From Anaerolineae bacterium (GTDB taxonomy: Bacteria > Chloroflexota > Anaerolineae > UBA1429): a stretch of 48,974 bases of DNA. Made by a program: the position numbers and the translations under genes. The notes below the pieces were generated by a model that was not told the DNA's origin, made no database searches, and was given only the letters and a program-made list of their open reading frames with translations. Each line of letters begins with the position of its first letter. The first letter of the stretch is position 1. This document shows, piece after piece, positions 1-8,401 of the stretch. Location: NCBI GenBank assembly GCA_035529675.1, contig DATKWG010000080.1:1-48974 (forward strand), given 5' to 3'.

Positions 1-340
1 CAACGCCGATCCGCGGGTTTGCTGATAAGGCCGTGCCGGCGCTCGCTCCAATGACCTTGACGATGGCCGTGGACGCGGAGCGGGTGCCATGTCGGTCTGT
101 TCCTCAATAGTCTTGCAGTGAGCCGCTCCAGCCGTTATCCAGACGTTGCTGATGGCGCCATCCACTGCTCCGGTGCCACACGTGACGGTGATCCGCCCAG
201 AGGCGCACCCATCAGTGTTTGATGCCCCAGGATTGCATCCCTCTTCCCGATCTAGACCTTGCCCTTGGCGCCTGTGTCCTGTGCTACGCAGTGCCTCGGC
301 GGGACGCGTACGGTGCAATGATCACGCCACCGGAGCGCGG

Positions 341-369
341 TTGTTGCGGGCATCCGGGGCGCGTATAAT
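341..369 (+). promoter_or_regulatory. sigma70-like promoter TTGTTG-17-TATAAT
   Basis: TTGTTG at 341-346, a 17-nt spacer, and TATAAT at 364-369. The ATG of the next ORF is at 379, only 9 nt after the -10 box. Confidence 0.45.
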
Positions 370-378
370 GGAACCGCT

Positions 379-858
379 ATGGAGGGGGAAGCCCAGACCA
401 TCGACCTTCGCTTCGTTGCCGACGTGATGCTGGGGCGGCTGGCGAAATGGCTCCGCATCCTCGGCTACGATACGCTGTACCAGTCGGGCTGGAAGGATCT
501 CCATCTGGTGCGAGTGGCGCGTGCCCAGGATCGGGTCCTGCTGACCCGCGACCTCACGCTGGCCCGCCGGAAGGGCGTTCGGGTGCTGTTGCTGGATGGC
601 GACAACCTGGATCACCAGTTGGCACAGCTCCGGGAGGTCCTGGGGGTGACGGCGCGAAAGCCGTTCGGCCGGTGTCCCGTCTGCAATGAGCCTCTGGAAC
701 CGGTAGAGAAGGATCAAGCCCGGGGACAGGTGCCGACCTACGTGTTTGTCACTCAGAGCCGGTTCCGCGTCTGTCCATCGTGCAACCGCTTCTATTGGCG
801 GGGGACACATTGGGAGCACATGCGAGAGCGCGTCGCGCGTTGGCGACGCGAGTGCTAA
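379..858 (+). CDS. Mut7-C RNase domain (PIN-like) protein with C-terminal zinc ribbon
   Basis: The translation starts RFVADVMLGRLAKWLRILGYDT, the typical Mut7-C/DUF82 N-terminus. The C-terminus carries CPVCN...CPSCN (CxxC...CxxC). Confidence 0.8.
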   Translation: MEGEAQTIDLRFVADVMLGRLAKWLRILGYDTLYQSGWKDLHLVRVARAQDRVLLTRDLTLARRKGVRVLLLDGDNLDHQLAQLREVLGVTARKPFGRCPVCNEPLEPVEKDQARGQVPTYVFVTQSRFRVCPSCNRFYWRGTHWEHMRERVARWRREC

Positions 859-988
859 GTGCCCTTTGGCCGGCTAGGTTCGCACGAGACGGCATCTGGC
901 TTGGCGGCGTGCGGGCGTTCGCCGATGCCTGGCGCGTGCTGGCCTCGCACTGAGAAGGATTCTCTTTGCGCCAGAATGGGTCTGATGC

Positions 989-3446
989 ATGCCTGTTGGG
1001 GCGGAGCATCAGGAGAGGAGTCGGGTAGGCGTCACAATTCAAACTCGTCCACTGGGCTGGCGGGTGCGGCGACGGCGGCTCGCTCATTGGAGCTTGCTAG
1101 CGGTGCTCTTGCTGCTCCTAATGTACGGGCCCTATCGCGGATGGCAGACTTGCCAGCATCTTTTGGAGCTGCGCGCCCATCTCTCTGATATCAGATCGTT
1201 GTCTCCTTCGAATGTAGATTCGCTGGGCGCCAACCTGGCCCACTTGCAGAGAGATGTAACCCTTCTGAAGCGCGACTTGTCTTTCCCCCTGGCCATGGCC
1301 CCTCATCTGGGTTGGGTCCCTCTTGTCGGCCCTACGGTACAGGCAGGGCCAGTGCTGCTCTCGGCCGGTGAGTCTCTGCTTTGGGCAATGGCAACGGTCT
1401 GGGGAGTGGTGCAGGAGCCGGTGGTCGCCGTCGCCGACCGGGTCTCTGCTACTGATGAAGCATTGACGGCACTATCCACGGAGATCCTGGCCCACGATGC
1501 TCAGTTGGAGGAGGCAGCGAGAAAAGTCCGCGAGGCGTGCGAGCTGATTGGAGCCATCGACGCGAGTCGGTTGGTGCCCCAGCTATCTGTGCGGATGGCC
1601 CAACTCCAGTCTGTGACGCCCCTTCTTACGGCAGCCCTCGACTGCTTGATCCTTTTGCCAGAGTTCCTTTCTCAGCCGGGCGACCGGACGTTCTTGCTGC
1701 TCGCCCAGAACAACCACGAGCTTCGACCGACCGGGGGCTTTATCAGCAGCATGGGCACGCTTACTGTGACGCAGGGGATCCCACGCTTTGGCTCCATGGT
1801 GGACAGCTACCAGGTAGAGGATTGGAGCAAGCCCCACCCGGACCCTCCCGAGGCGTTGCGCAAGTACATGTAGCTCGACCTGTGGGTCACCAGGGACGCC
1901 AACTGGTGTCCCGACTTCCCAACTTCCGCCCAAGCTGTAGCCCAGTTGTACCAATTGAACCAAGGTCAACGAGTCGACGGTGTGCTCGCTACAGACATGA
2001 CTGCGGCAGTGAGGCCCTTGGAGGTTCTGACTCCTCTGGAGCTGCGAGGCGGGGAGCGCTTGAGGAGCGGGCAGGTCGCCGAAGGGTTTCAGAATAGCTG
2101 GAGCCTGCCGCCCGGCAGCCTGGCCACCTCGGGGGAGGTCATAACGGCAACCAGGCCCTTCTCTGGCATAGAGCTCAAGCTCAGTTACGGCAGGAGAGGG
2201 ACGGCCTGGTTCGACACGGTGGTGCTCGAGGACTTACGGAATCCGGGTGTGAACCTGGTGCGCAATCCCTCGTTTGAGGAGGATGCTGACTATGACCGGC
2301 TGCCAGACCACTGGCAAGCTGTGAGACTCGCGAGTGGGGACGGCCTGGTCACCGAATACGCTCATTCTGGTGACAAGTCGCTGCGCATAAGAGGGGACCC
2401 CAAGGTGGTGAAGGCAGTAGTGCAAGGGATCTCTTACTCTGGGCCTCCAAGAGCCAGCTTTCGACTCTCCGCCGAAAGCCGAGGCAAAGAAATCGACATA
2501 GAGGGAGGTCCCTACGCCTTGTCCGCGGCCTTTCTGTGCGAGGAGGGAGAGGTCAAGCCCATAGTCGCCGGTTTCCCCGGCTGTAGGCAAGACTGGGCTA
2601 CTGCGGGATCGGATAGGATTCTGTCATATTGGTGGCGTCATCGCAAGGATTTCCTGAATCAGGCAGTGGAAGCGGCCGTAGGCAAGCTGCTCTCGCATTC
2701 CTCGGCTGCCCGATCGCTCGAGTTCCTTGCCGAAATCGGCGAACTGCTTGACCAACGCCACATTCAGGTCTACATGGTAGATCCGTCCCTTCAGGCCATC
2801 TTGCAGCGCCATGGCTGGACCGGTGGAGGTGGCGCGGGCGCGGGGCGACCAACTTCTCATCGTGGACGCCAACGTGGGATACAACAAGGTATCCGCGAGG
2901 GTGGAGCAGTCTGTTGACTATCGGGTCGAGATCGATCCCTCCAGGCGAGTGCGGGCCACACTTTCTATCCGGTACCACAACCGCAGCACGTCCGCGACAA
3001 CTGTGTGCGACAAATGGAAGGTTCGGTACGAACCCAACTACGAGGCTTTGACTCAAGGATGCTACTGGGACTATGTACGGATTTACGTGCCCGCTGGGAC
3101 CGAGCTTCAGGCCGGCAGAGGTGGAGACGAGCCCATGAAGGTGTCGTCGGAGCTGGGTCGAACGGTCTTTGCCACCTCGCTAGTGTTGAGACCGGGCGAG
3201 CAGCGCGAGTTGCACATCGAGTACCTCTTGCCTGACGACGCTGTTCGCGACGGGCGCTACAGTCTCACCCTGCAAAAGCAGGCTGGCACGGACAACATCC
3301 CGGTCAGGATATGCATAGATATGCCACGGGCAAGCAAGGCCTCGTACGGGGGTCTCCAACCTGACGAGGTGACCCCAGATGGCGCGATCTACCAGACAGA
3401 TCTCTTGGTAGACCGGCACCTTGTCGTTCGCCTACCGGGGCAATGA
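989..3446 (+). pseudogene. DUF4012 domain protein, disrupted by an in-frame TAG at 1871-1873 and a frame change near 2811-2840
   Basis: Three track ORFs (989-1873, 1946-2917, 2811-3446) together read as one DUF4012 protein. It has an N-terminal TM helix, then LLLAQNNHELRPTGGFISSMG, then RDANWCPDFPTSA..VDGVLATD just after the TAG in the same frame, then RKDFLNQ...LQRHGW. The C-terminal part (DQLLIVDANVGYNKV...YVRIYVPAGTEL) continues in another frame. Confidence 0.65.
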
Positions 3447-3494
3447 GGGCAGAATCCAAGACTCTGGCGTCGCAATTGCCGGCCGAGGTCGGGT

Positions 3495-3857
3495 GTGGTG
3501 CTGTCCATCGGGTCAGAACTGGGGAGAGACGGTCTGGTGATCGATTGGTTCTCTCTTGCATTCGACGCAGTCTGGTTACTTGGCCTCTCGGTCATCCTGG
3601 CCGCGCTGAGTCTGGCCAGCTATCGGGCAGCCAGCGACCGGCGGGAGATGCCCCGGCGGCGACACACATTGCGCAGGCGCTTGAGTGGGCCAGGGTTTCG
3701 ACTCGCCCTCCTGACAGGACTTGCCTTGGTTTTCCTGGGCGCACTGCTCAGCTCTACAGGAGCCTGGCACCGGATAACCGCGGGGGTTGGATTGGCTCTA
3801 TGTGTTGCGGGTCTGGCTTGGGCATTCAGGAGCGGCTGCACCAAATGTCGAGATTGA
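3495..3857 (+). CDS. hypothetical membrane protein (about 3 predicted TM helices)
   Basis: ORF with a GTG start and three hydrophobic stretches (LAFDAVWLLGLSVILAALSLA, FRLALLTGLALVFLGALL, ITAGVGLALCVAGLAWAF). No family recognised. Confidence 0.35.
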   Translation: MVLSIGSELGRDGLVIDWFSLAFDAVWLLGLSVILAALSLASYRAASDRREMPRRRHTLRRRLSGPGFRLALLTGLALVFLGALLSSTGAWHRITAGVGLALCVAGLAWAFRSGCTKCRD

Positions 3858-3945
3858 GCGGCCGAGTAGTGATGGTCATTGCCCGAGAGATGGTCGTGGA
3901 GTGCCACTCATCGTGATCTCTTCCGGGTTGCCTTCAGAGAACGCA

Positions 3946-3982
3946 GCCGCCCCGGGGCTCGGTGATGCAGGCTCGGGGCGGC
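3946..3982. terminator. GC-rich hairpin between convergent genes
   Basis: GCCGCCCCG (3946-3954) pairs with CGGGGCGGC (3974-3982). There is no U-tract. Confidence 0.35.
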
Positions 3983-4007
3983 GACAGCATTCAGCGCCGG
4001 GACGAAT

Positions 4008-5726
4008 CTACCAGGTGTATCGCACCGTGTACTCAATCTTGGCCTCGCCATCAGTGCTCACTTCGACCTCATACTGGATGGTGGTGGCGTCCAACATCTC
4101 ATAGTCTGCGCTGCTTGCCACGATCTCAGCATCCTGAGCGCGGAAGAGATGCTCGATGATGCGGACGGTCACGTCCTCGGTCTTGTGGTTGCGAAGGGTT
4201 ATCTCGTAGCTCTCTTCGATCACCCTCTCGGCAAGCTGGCGGAACCTGGCTTGCACCCGCTCGCCCACGATGTCGAAGGCGTTGCCAAGGTAGAGGGAGA
4301 TCTCTTCGTCTTTGGCCGTGTGATCGATCCTATCCTCACCGACGAATTCGGCACCCCCGCCCACATCCTCTTTGTAGACACGGACGGTCCCCTGGGGCAA
4401 GGGCAAGCCCAGACCCCTCTCCTCCTGGTTGGCAAACTCCAGCCTGACCTGTACCTTCGCATCTGAGCGAACGCCATAGTCAGGCTCAATGATCGCTCCG
4501 CCGTAGCGTAGAGAGAAGGGAGGCGACGCCTCGTACACAAAGACCTTTTCCACCTCGACACTGGGTGCAGCCACAAACTCGATCTGTTTGGTTTGCCGAT
4601 CTCGCACGGTGACTGGGCGTTTGACCTCATACACATGGTATTCAAAGAAAGCGCGTTCCTCGACCGCCGGCCCAGGGACGGGGAGCTCGAGCACTCTGTC
4701 AGCCATGCTCACCATAAGTCCGACCTCGGGGGCCATATGGATGTCGCCGGCGACAAGCTTCAGTCGAGCCTCTTTGTAGGTCGCGCCGCTGTTGTTGTCC
4801 AGGGTAACCCAGCCGGTCATCGAGAGAGATTCATCATCGGGCGCAAGCAGCGCGATATAGTCAGCCTGCCAGTTGATGCCCCCGGTCAAATAGGTGACGC
4901 GCACCCGCTGTTCCCCTTCCGCCGCCGCCACGAGCAGCCAGACGAGAGTGGGTTTGGTGATCAGGCCCTCTGGCAGTTCGGGGAAAAAGAACTCCTGGAT
5001 GTGTGAAAGCCTGATGACCTTGATGCCATCCTCCGTCGCCAGGATAGCGTCATCCAGGCCGGAGAGGAGGGTACCTGTGTAGACCGTTCCCTGGTCAGTA
5101 GTCAGAGCGATTTGCATGTCCACGTACTTTTGCAGGAGCTTGCTAGTGTTGACCAGGTCGTACTCATAGTCCTGCTCGAGGACCAGGGTGCCCTCGGGAT
5201 CGGATAGCGAACTAAAGTGCACGCTGGCAGGGTTTATGCTCGAGGGAACGTCAGAATAGCGAACCAGGTTCTCGCCCTCGCTGAGGGCCAACGTGCGGAT
5301 CTCCTTGACCAGCCCGAGGTCGCTATTGTAGACGGTTAGCTCGACCTCTTCGCTCTCCCCTGCCACGACGAGTTGGGCCTCCCTTTGGCCGGTTGCCGCC
5401 GCTTCGGGTGTCTCGGGAACCTCCACAGCCACCACCTCTTCGGTTGGGGTGACCACAGGTTCGGTGGTCTCCGGGGTCGGAGTCTCGGTTGCCTCTGGTG
5501 TCTCTTCGGCCGGCTCAGGTATGGCCTCCTCCTCGGCTGGGGTTGGCGTCTCGGCCGGCTGCGCAGTCTCGGTGACCTGAGGAGACTCCGCAGTCTCAAC
5601 CGGCGGGGTTCGCTCTGCGGCCTGAGCGAGAGTGGCCCGTTGTGCCATGCCCGACACCATCAACGTGAGTGCCAAGCCCAGCGTCATGATGGTGAGGCCG
5701 ACGAATCGTAGCCGTTTTCTCAACAT
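4008..5726 (-). CDS. DUF4139 domain-containing exported protein (MuiA-like family)
   Basis: Start re-set to ATG 5726 (MLRKRLRFVGLTIMTLGLALTLMV signal/anchor) with AGGAGG 6 nt upstream. A Pro/Glu/Thr-rich linker follows, then LTVYNSDLGLVKEIR...VRYSDVPSSINPASVHF, which is typical of DUF4139. Confidence 0.8.
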   Translation of the reverse strand: MLRKRLRFVGLTIMTLGLALTLMVSGMAQRATLAQAAERTPPVETAESPQVTETAQPAETPTPAEEEAIPEPAEETPEATETPTPETTEPVVTPTEEVVAVEVPETPEAAATGQREAQLVVAGESEEVELTVYNSDLGLVKEIRTLALSEGENLVRYSDVPSSINPASVHFSSLSDPEGTLVLEQDYEYDLVNTSKLLQKYVDMQIALTTDQGTVYTGTLLSGLDDAILATEDGIKVIRLSHIQEFFFPELPEGLITKPTLVWLLVAAAEGEQRVRVTYLTGGINWQADYIALLAPDDESLSMTGWVTLDNNSGATYKEARLKLVAGDIHMAPEVGLMVSMADRVLELPVPGPAVEERAFFEYHVYEVKRPVTVRDRQTKQIEFVAAPSVEVEKVFVYEASPPFSLRYGGAIIEPDYGVRSDAKVQVRLEFANQEERGLGLPLPQGTVRVYKEDVGGGAEFVGEDRIDHTAKDEEISLYLGNAFDIVGERVQARFRQLAERVIEESYEITLRNHKTEDVTVRIIEHLFRAQDAEIVASSADYEMLDATTIQYEVEVSTDGEAKIEYTVRYTW

Positions 5727-5893
5727 GATTGCTCCTCCTGTCGTCCCTCTTGGCGACGCGTTGGCTTTCCTCGGCCGAGTCCCGAGCCGGCCGACGAACG
5801 CGACAGTCTCCGGCCACCCGAGGAACAGAGGTTCTCTATCCCTGCCAAGGGCAGCCAAAGATTCGTGAAAAGACGGGCTGCCTACACGCAGTC

Positions 5894-5922
5894 ATTATAG
5901 GTGTGCTCGTGCAAGTTGGCAA
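5894..5922 (-). promoter_or_regulatory. sigma70-like promoter TTGCCA-17-TATAAT for the DUF4139 gene
   Basis: On the minus strand, TTGCCA is at plus coordinates 5917-5922, the spacer is 17 nt, and TATAAT is at 5894-5899. Confidence 0.55.
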
Positions 5923-6050
5923 TGCGTGGCTCGGTTGCAGAGTGTGTTGGCAACTCTGGGAGAGGTGTGTAGATAGCAGGAAAGGGCTACACTATCATTC
6001 TGAGGGATATGTGGGAACACAACTCGGAAGATAGCACAGCCCATGAACAT

Positions 6051-6075
6051 CACACGTGCAGATCAGTGTCTGTAT
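6051..6075 (+). repeat. 25-bp repeat copy 1 (CACACGTGCAGATCAGTGTCTGTAT)
   Basis: Identical 25-mer at 6051-6075 and 6435-6459. Weaker similarity continues for about 25 nt downstream (GACGG.TGTCCAG). Confidence 0.9.
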
Positions 6076-6434
6076 AGAACGAGGTCGACGGTTTGTCCAG
6101 TCATTGCGCCAGTTGGCCAGCCGCTCGGCCTGGCCGGAGGTGGCGACGTTGCCCTCACTGCAGGAGCACGATCACCCGCAAGAATGGCGGCTATAGGCGG
6201 CATCCCTGGACCTTCGACGGGCGACAAAAAGTGCGCGTACAACGCCATCCATGCCGCGGCTGTAAACGGACCTATTCAGAGCGATCTCCTCTGCTGGTAC
6301 GGGGCAGCTGGTACGCACGGGAAGTGCATCGCTGTGCCATCGATCACTGGCAGCACGTGCCCCTGAACTGCGGGGTACACGTGGGGAGTTCGTTGCGACG
6401 GGCAGCGGAATGGGTGCGATCCTGTATAGGGCGG

Positions 6435-6459
6435 CACACGTGCAGATCAGTGTCTGTAT
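6435..6459 (+). repeat. 25-bp repeat copy 2 (direct)
   Basis: Exact match to 6051-6075. Confidence 0.9.
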
Positions 6460-6655
6460 TCGCGGCTGACGGGCTGTCCAGGGGAGGCGCAGAGCTATGA
6501 CGGGGCAGCGGCGTCCCTGGCAGAGCTGAGAAGGCATCCGCGATGGGCAAGGATCTGGAAGCTTCTCAACGAGCAGTTTGATGCGGCCTTGGTGCACCTG
6601 CTGGATGGCCACCGAGGACTGACGCGGGTCACACCGGAGTGGTGCTGGCGAGACT

Positions 6656-6672
6656 TACAGACACTGATCTGC
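6656..6672 (-). repeat. 17-bp inverted copy of the repeat core (GCAGATCAGTGTCTGTA)
   Basis: TACAGACACTGATCTGC at 6656-6672 is the reverse complement of the core of the two direct copies. Confidence 0.9.
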
Positions 6673-7093
6673 GGTTTGGGCCATCTATCACAACTTCATG
6701 CCCGCCCAAAGGAGGTGCGAACGCAAACGACACTACCGAAGACCCGGCCAGAGTGCCCTTGAGGTGGCCGTATATCACCCGGGAGAGATCACCTACCTGG
6801 ATGCCTTGCCGGCAGGGATTTGAGGGTCTACAGGTTCGACTGTTGCTGCCCAGAAGCTGGCACCGGAGGGAGAGCCGGAGCCAAGCATCGGCTGGCTGAG
6901 CACCAACACGGACATGACACTCGCCAACACGAGGTGGAACCGAATCCAATGCGTGGCATTGCCTTCTGCAAAGCCCTTGTTCCGTCAAGGGCGGGATCGA
7001 CAGCGGGGCGAATGCAATCCTCTCCGCCGACCCACGGTCGTGCTCCGCCTGGCCTTCTTTGTGGCTCGCCGCCTGCTCTTCAAGAGCTCCAAC

Positions 7094-7123
7094 TTGACAC
7101 GAACACCATTGAAACAGTATAAT
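7094..7123 (+). promoter_or_regulatory. sigma70-like promoter TTGACA-18-TATAAT
   Basis: Consensus -35 at 7094-7099 and consensus -10 at 7118-7123, about 50 nt upstream of the DUF362 gene ATG. Confidence 0.65.
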
Positions 7124-7172
7124 CAGGACTGAAAGAGTCTGGTTACGCCTTTGAAGGAAGAGGGAGAGAGAC

Positions 7173-8252
7173 ATGGGCGAGAAGGGTGTAGACCGTCGGG
7201 GCTTCTTGCAGGGCGCAACGGCTTTGGCTCTCGGCACCGTGATCGCCAGTTGTGTGCCAAGGGCGGCGAGTGTCAGCCAGCCGACCGGCGCCGGTCCTAC
7301 TCCTGAGGCCACCACGGCGGTGCCCACACCGCAGCCTTCTCGAACGCCAGTCGTGGTCGAGCCCTCGCCGACCATGCCTGCGGAGACGGAGGTCACGATC
7401 GAACCCTCGCCGTCGGTGTCTGTGGGCGAGCCCACGCCCTCGGGGGTAGCGTACCTGGCTGTAGCTCGCGGCGGCGATCCGGAGACGATCACCCAGCGCG
7501 CCATCGCGGCCATCGGAGGGATAGAGCGCTTCGTCAAGCAGGGGTTCGACGTTATCGTGAAGCCAAACATCTGCAACCACTATCACACCCCCGAGTATGC
7601 GTCCACCACCAATCCTGAGGTCGTTGCCACTTTGGTCAGGATGTGCCTGGGTGCGGGGGCCAAGCGTGTGCGGGTGATGGACTTTCCATTCGCTGGAACG
7701 GCCGAGACGGCATACGCCCGTTCGGGGATAGAAGAGGCGGTCAAAAGGGCTGGGGGGCAGATGGAACTCATGGCCAGGATGAGATACGAGCGGAGGGAGA
7801 TTCCCGACGGGGTGGACCTCAAATCGTGCGACTTTTACCAGCCCATTCTGGAAGCAGACCTGGTCATCAACGTGCCCATCGCCAAGCATCACAATCTGGC
7901 ACGCCTGACCCTGGGCGGCAAGAATCTCATGGGCGTTATTCTCGATCGCTCCCAGATGCACCGGAATCTCGGGCAGCGCATTGCGGATATCACGTCTCTG
8001 GTCAGGCCGCAACTGACTGTGGTTGATGCCGTGCGCATCCTGGTTGACAATGGTCCCACCGGGGGCAACCTGGACGACGTGAAGCAGGCCAATACGGTCA
8101 TAGCAAGCCACGACATCGTGGCAGCCGATGCTTACGCCACCACGCTCTTTGGGCTGGCTCCCAGCGACATATCCTACGTGGTTGCCTCGGCAAGAATGGG
8201 CTTGGGCACCATGGACCTGGATAGCATCAAGACCGTGGAAGTCAACGTCTGA
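7173..8252 (+). CDS. Tat-signal lipoprotein with DUF362 domain
   Basis: N-terminus DRRGFLQGATALALGTVIASC carries a twin-arginine motif and a lipobox-like IASC. A Pro/Thr/Ser linker follows, then the DUF362-type core (FDVIVKPNICNHYHTPEYASTTNPEVVATLVRMC). Confidence 0.8.
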   Translation: MGEKGVDRRGFLQGATALALGTVIASCVPRAASVSQPTGAGPTPEATTAVPTPQPSRTPVVVEPSPTMPAETEVTIEPSPSVSVGEPTPSGVAYLAVARGGDPETITQRAIAAIGGIERFVKQGFDVIVKPNICNHYHTPEYASTTNPEVVATLVRMCLGAGAKRVRVMDFPFAGTAETAYARSGIEEAVKRAGGQMELMARMRYERREIPDGVDLKSCDFYQPILEADLVINVPIAKHHNLARLTLGGKNLMGVILDRSQMHRNLGQRIADITSLVRPQLTVVDAVRILVDNGPTGGNLDDVKQANTVIASHDIVAADAYATTLFGLAPSDISYVVASARMGLGTMDLDSIKTVEVNV

Positions 8253-8401
8253 CGCCGTCGCGAGTTGCGCCACCTGCCGATTGGCGGAGATCGCTCGATG
8301 GCAGTTCTGTGCATATGGAAAAGACAGAGCCAGTGGAGAGACCGCTTCCTACCTGCCCCACTTCCCACGGGGGCAGCGGCATTTGACAAGAGGACAGTGC
8401 G

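Larger units (their letters stand above)
6051..6830 (+). mobile_element. decayed IS remnant (zinc-ribbon transposase N-terminus and C-terminal tail, no intact catalytic core)
   Basis: ORF 6093-6500 begins CPHCRS..KNG...CRGCKRTYS (transposase-like zinc ribbon). A different frame at about 6675-6826 reads IYHNFMPAQ...ALPAGI, resembling the YHNF.RPH...TPA tail of IS1-type transposases. The total length is far too short for a DDE domain. Three copies of a short repeat lie inside. Confidence 0.4.

Noticed and set aside
1-321. A minus-strand open frame reaching the left edge contains ...NVWITAGAAHC..., reminiscent of the trypsin-family TAAHC motif. A short plus-strand ORF also ends at 110.
   Set aside because: No start codon or further protease motifs are present, the downstream translation is Pro/Arg-rich junk, and the frame is only about 100 codons. 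There is not enough evidence to call any gene in 1-340.
1871-1873. The in-frame TAG considered as a pyrrolysine or programmed read-through codon.
   Set aside because: There are no pyl genes or a recognisable recoding context in the window, and the same gene also carries a frame change. A mutation or sequence error is more parsimonious.
6051-6672. Three copies of a short repeat considered as a mini CRISPR array.
   Set aside because: There are only three copies, the spacing is irregular (384 bp and about 200 bp), one copy is inverted, and they sit inside a transposase-like ORF. No cas genes are in the window.
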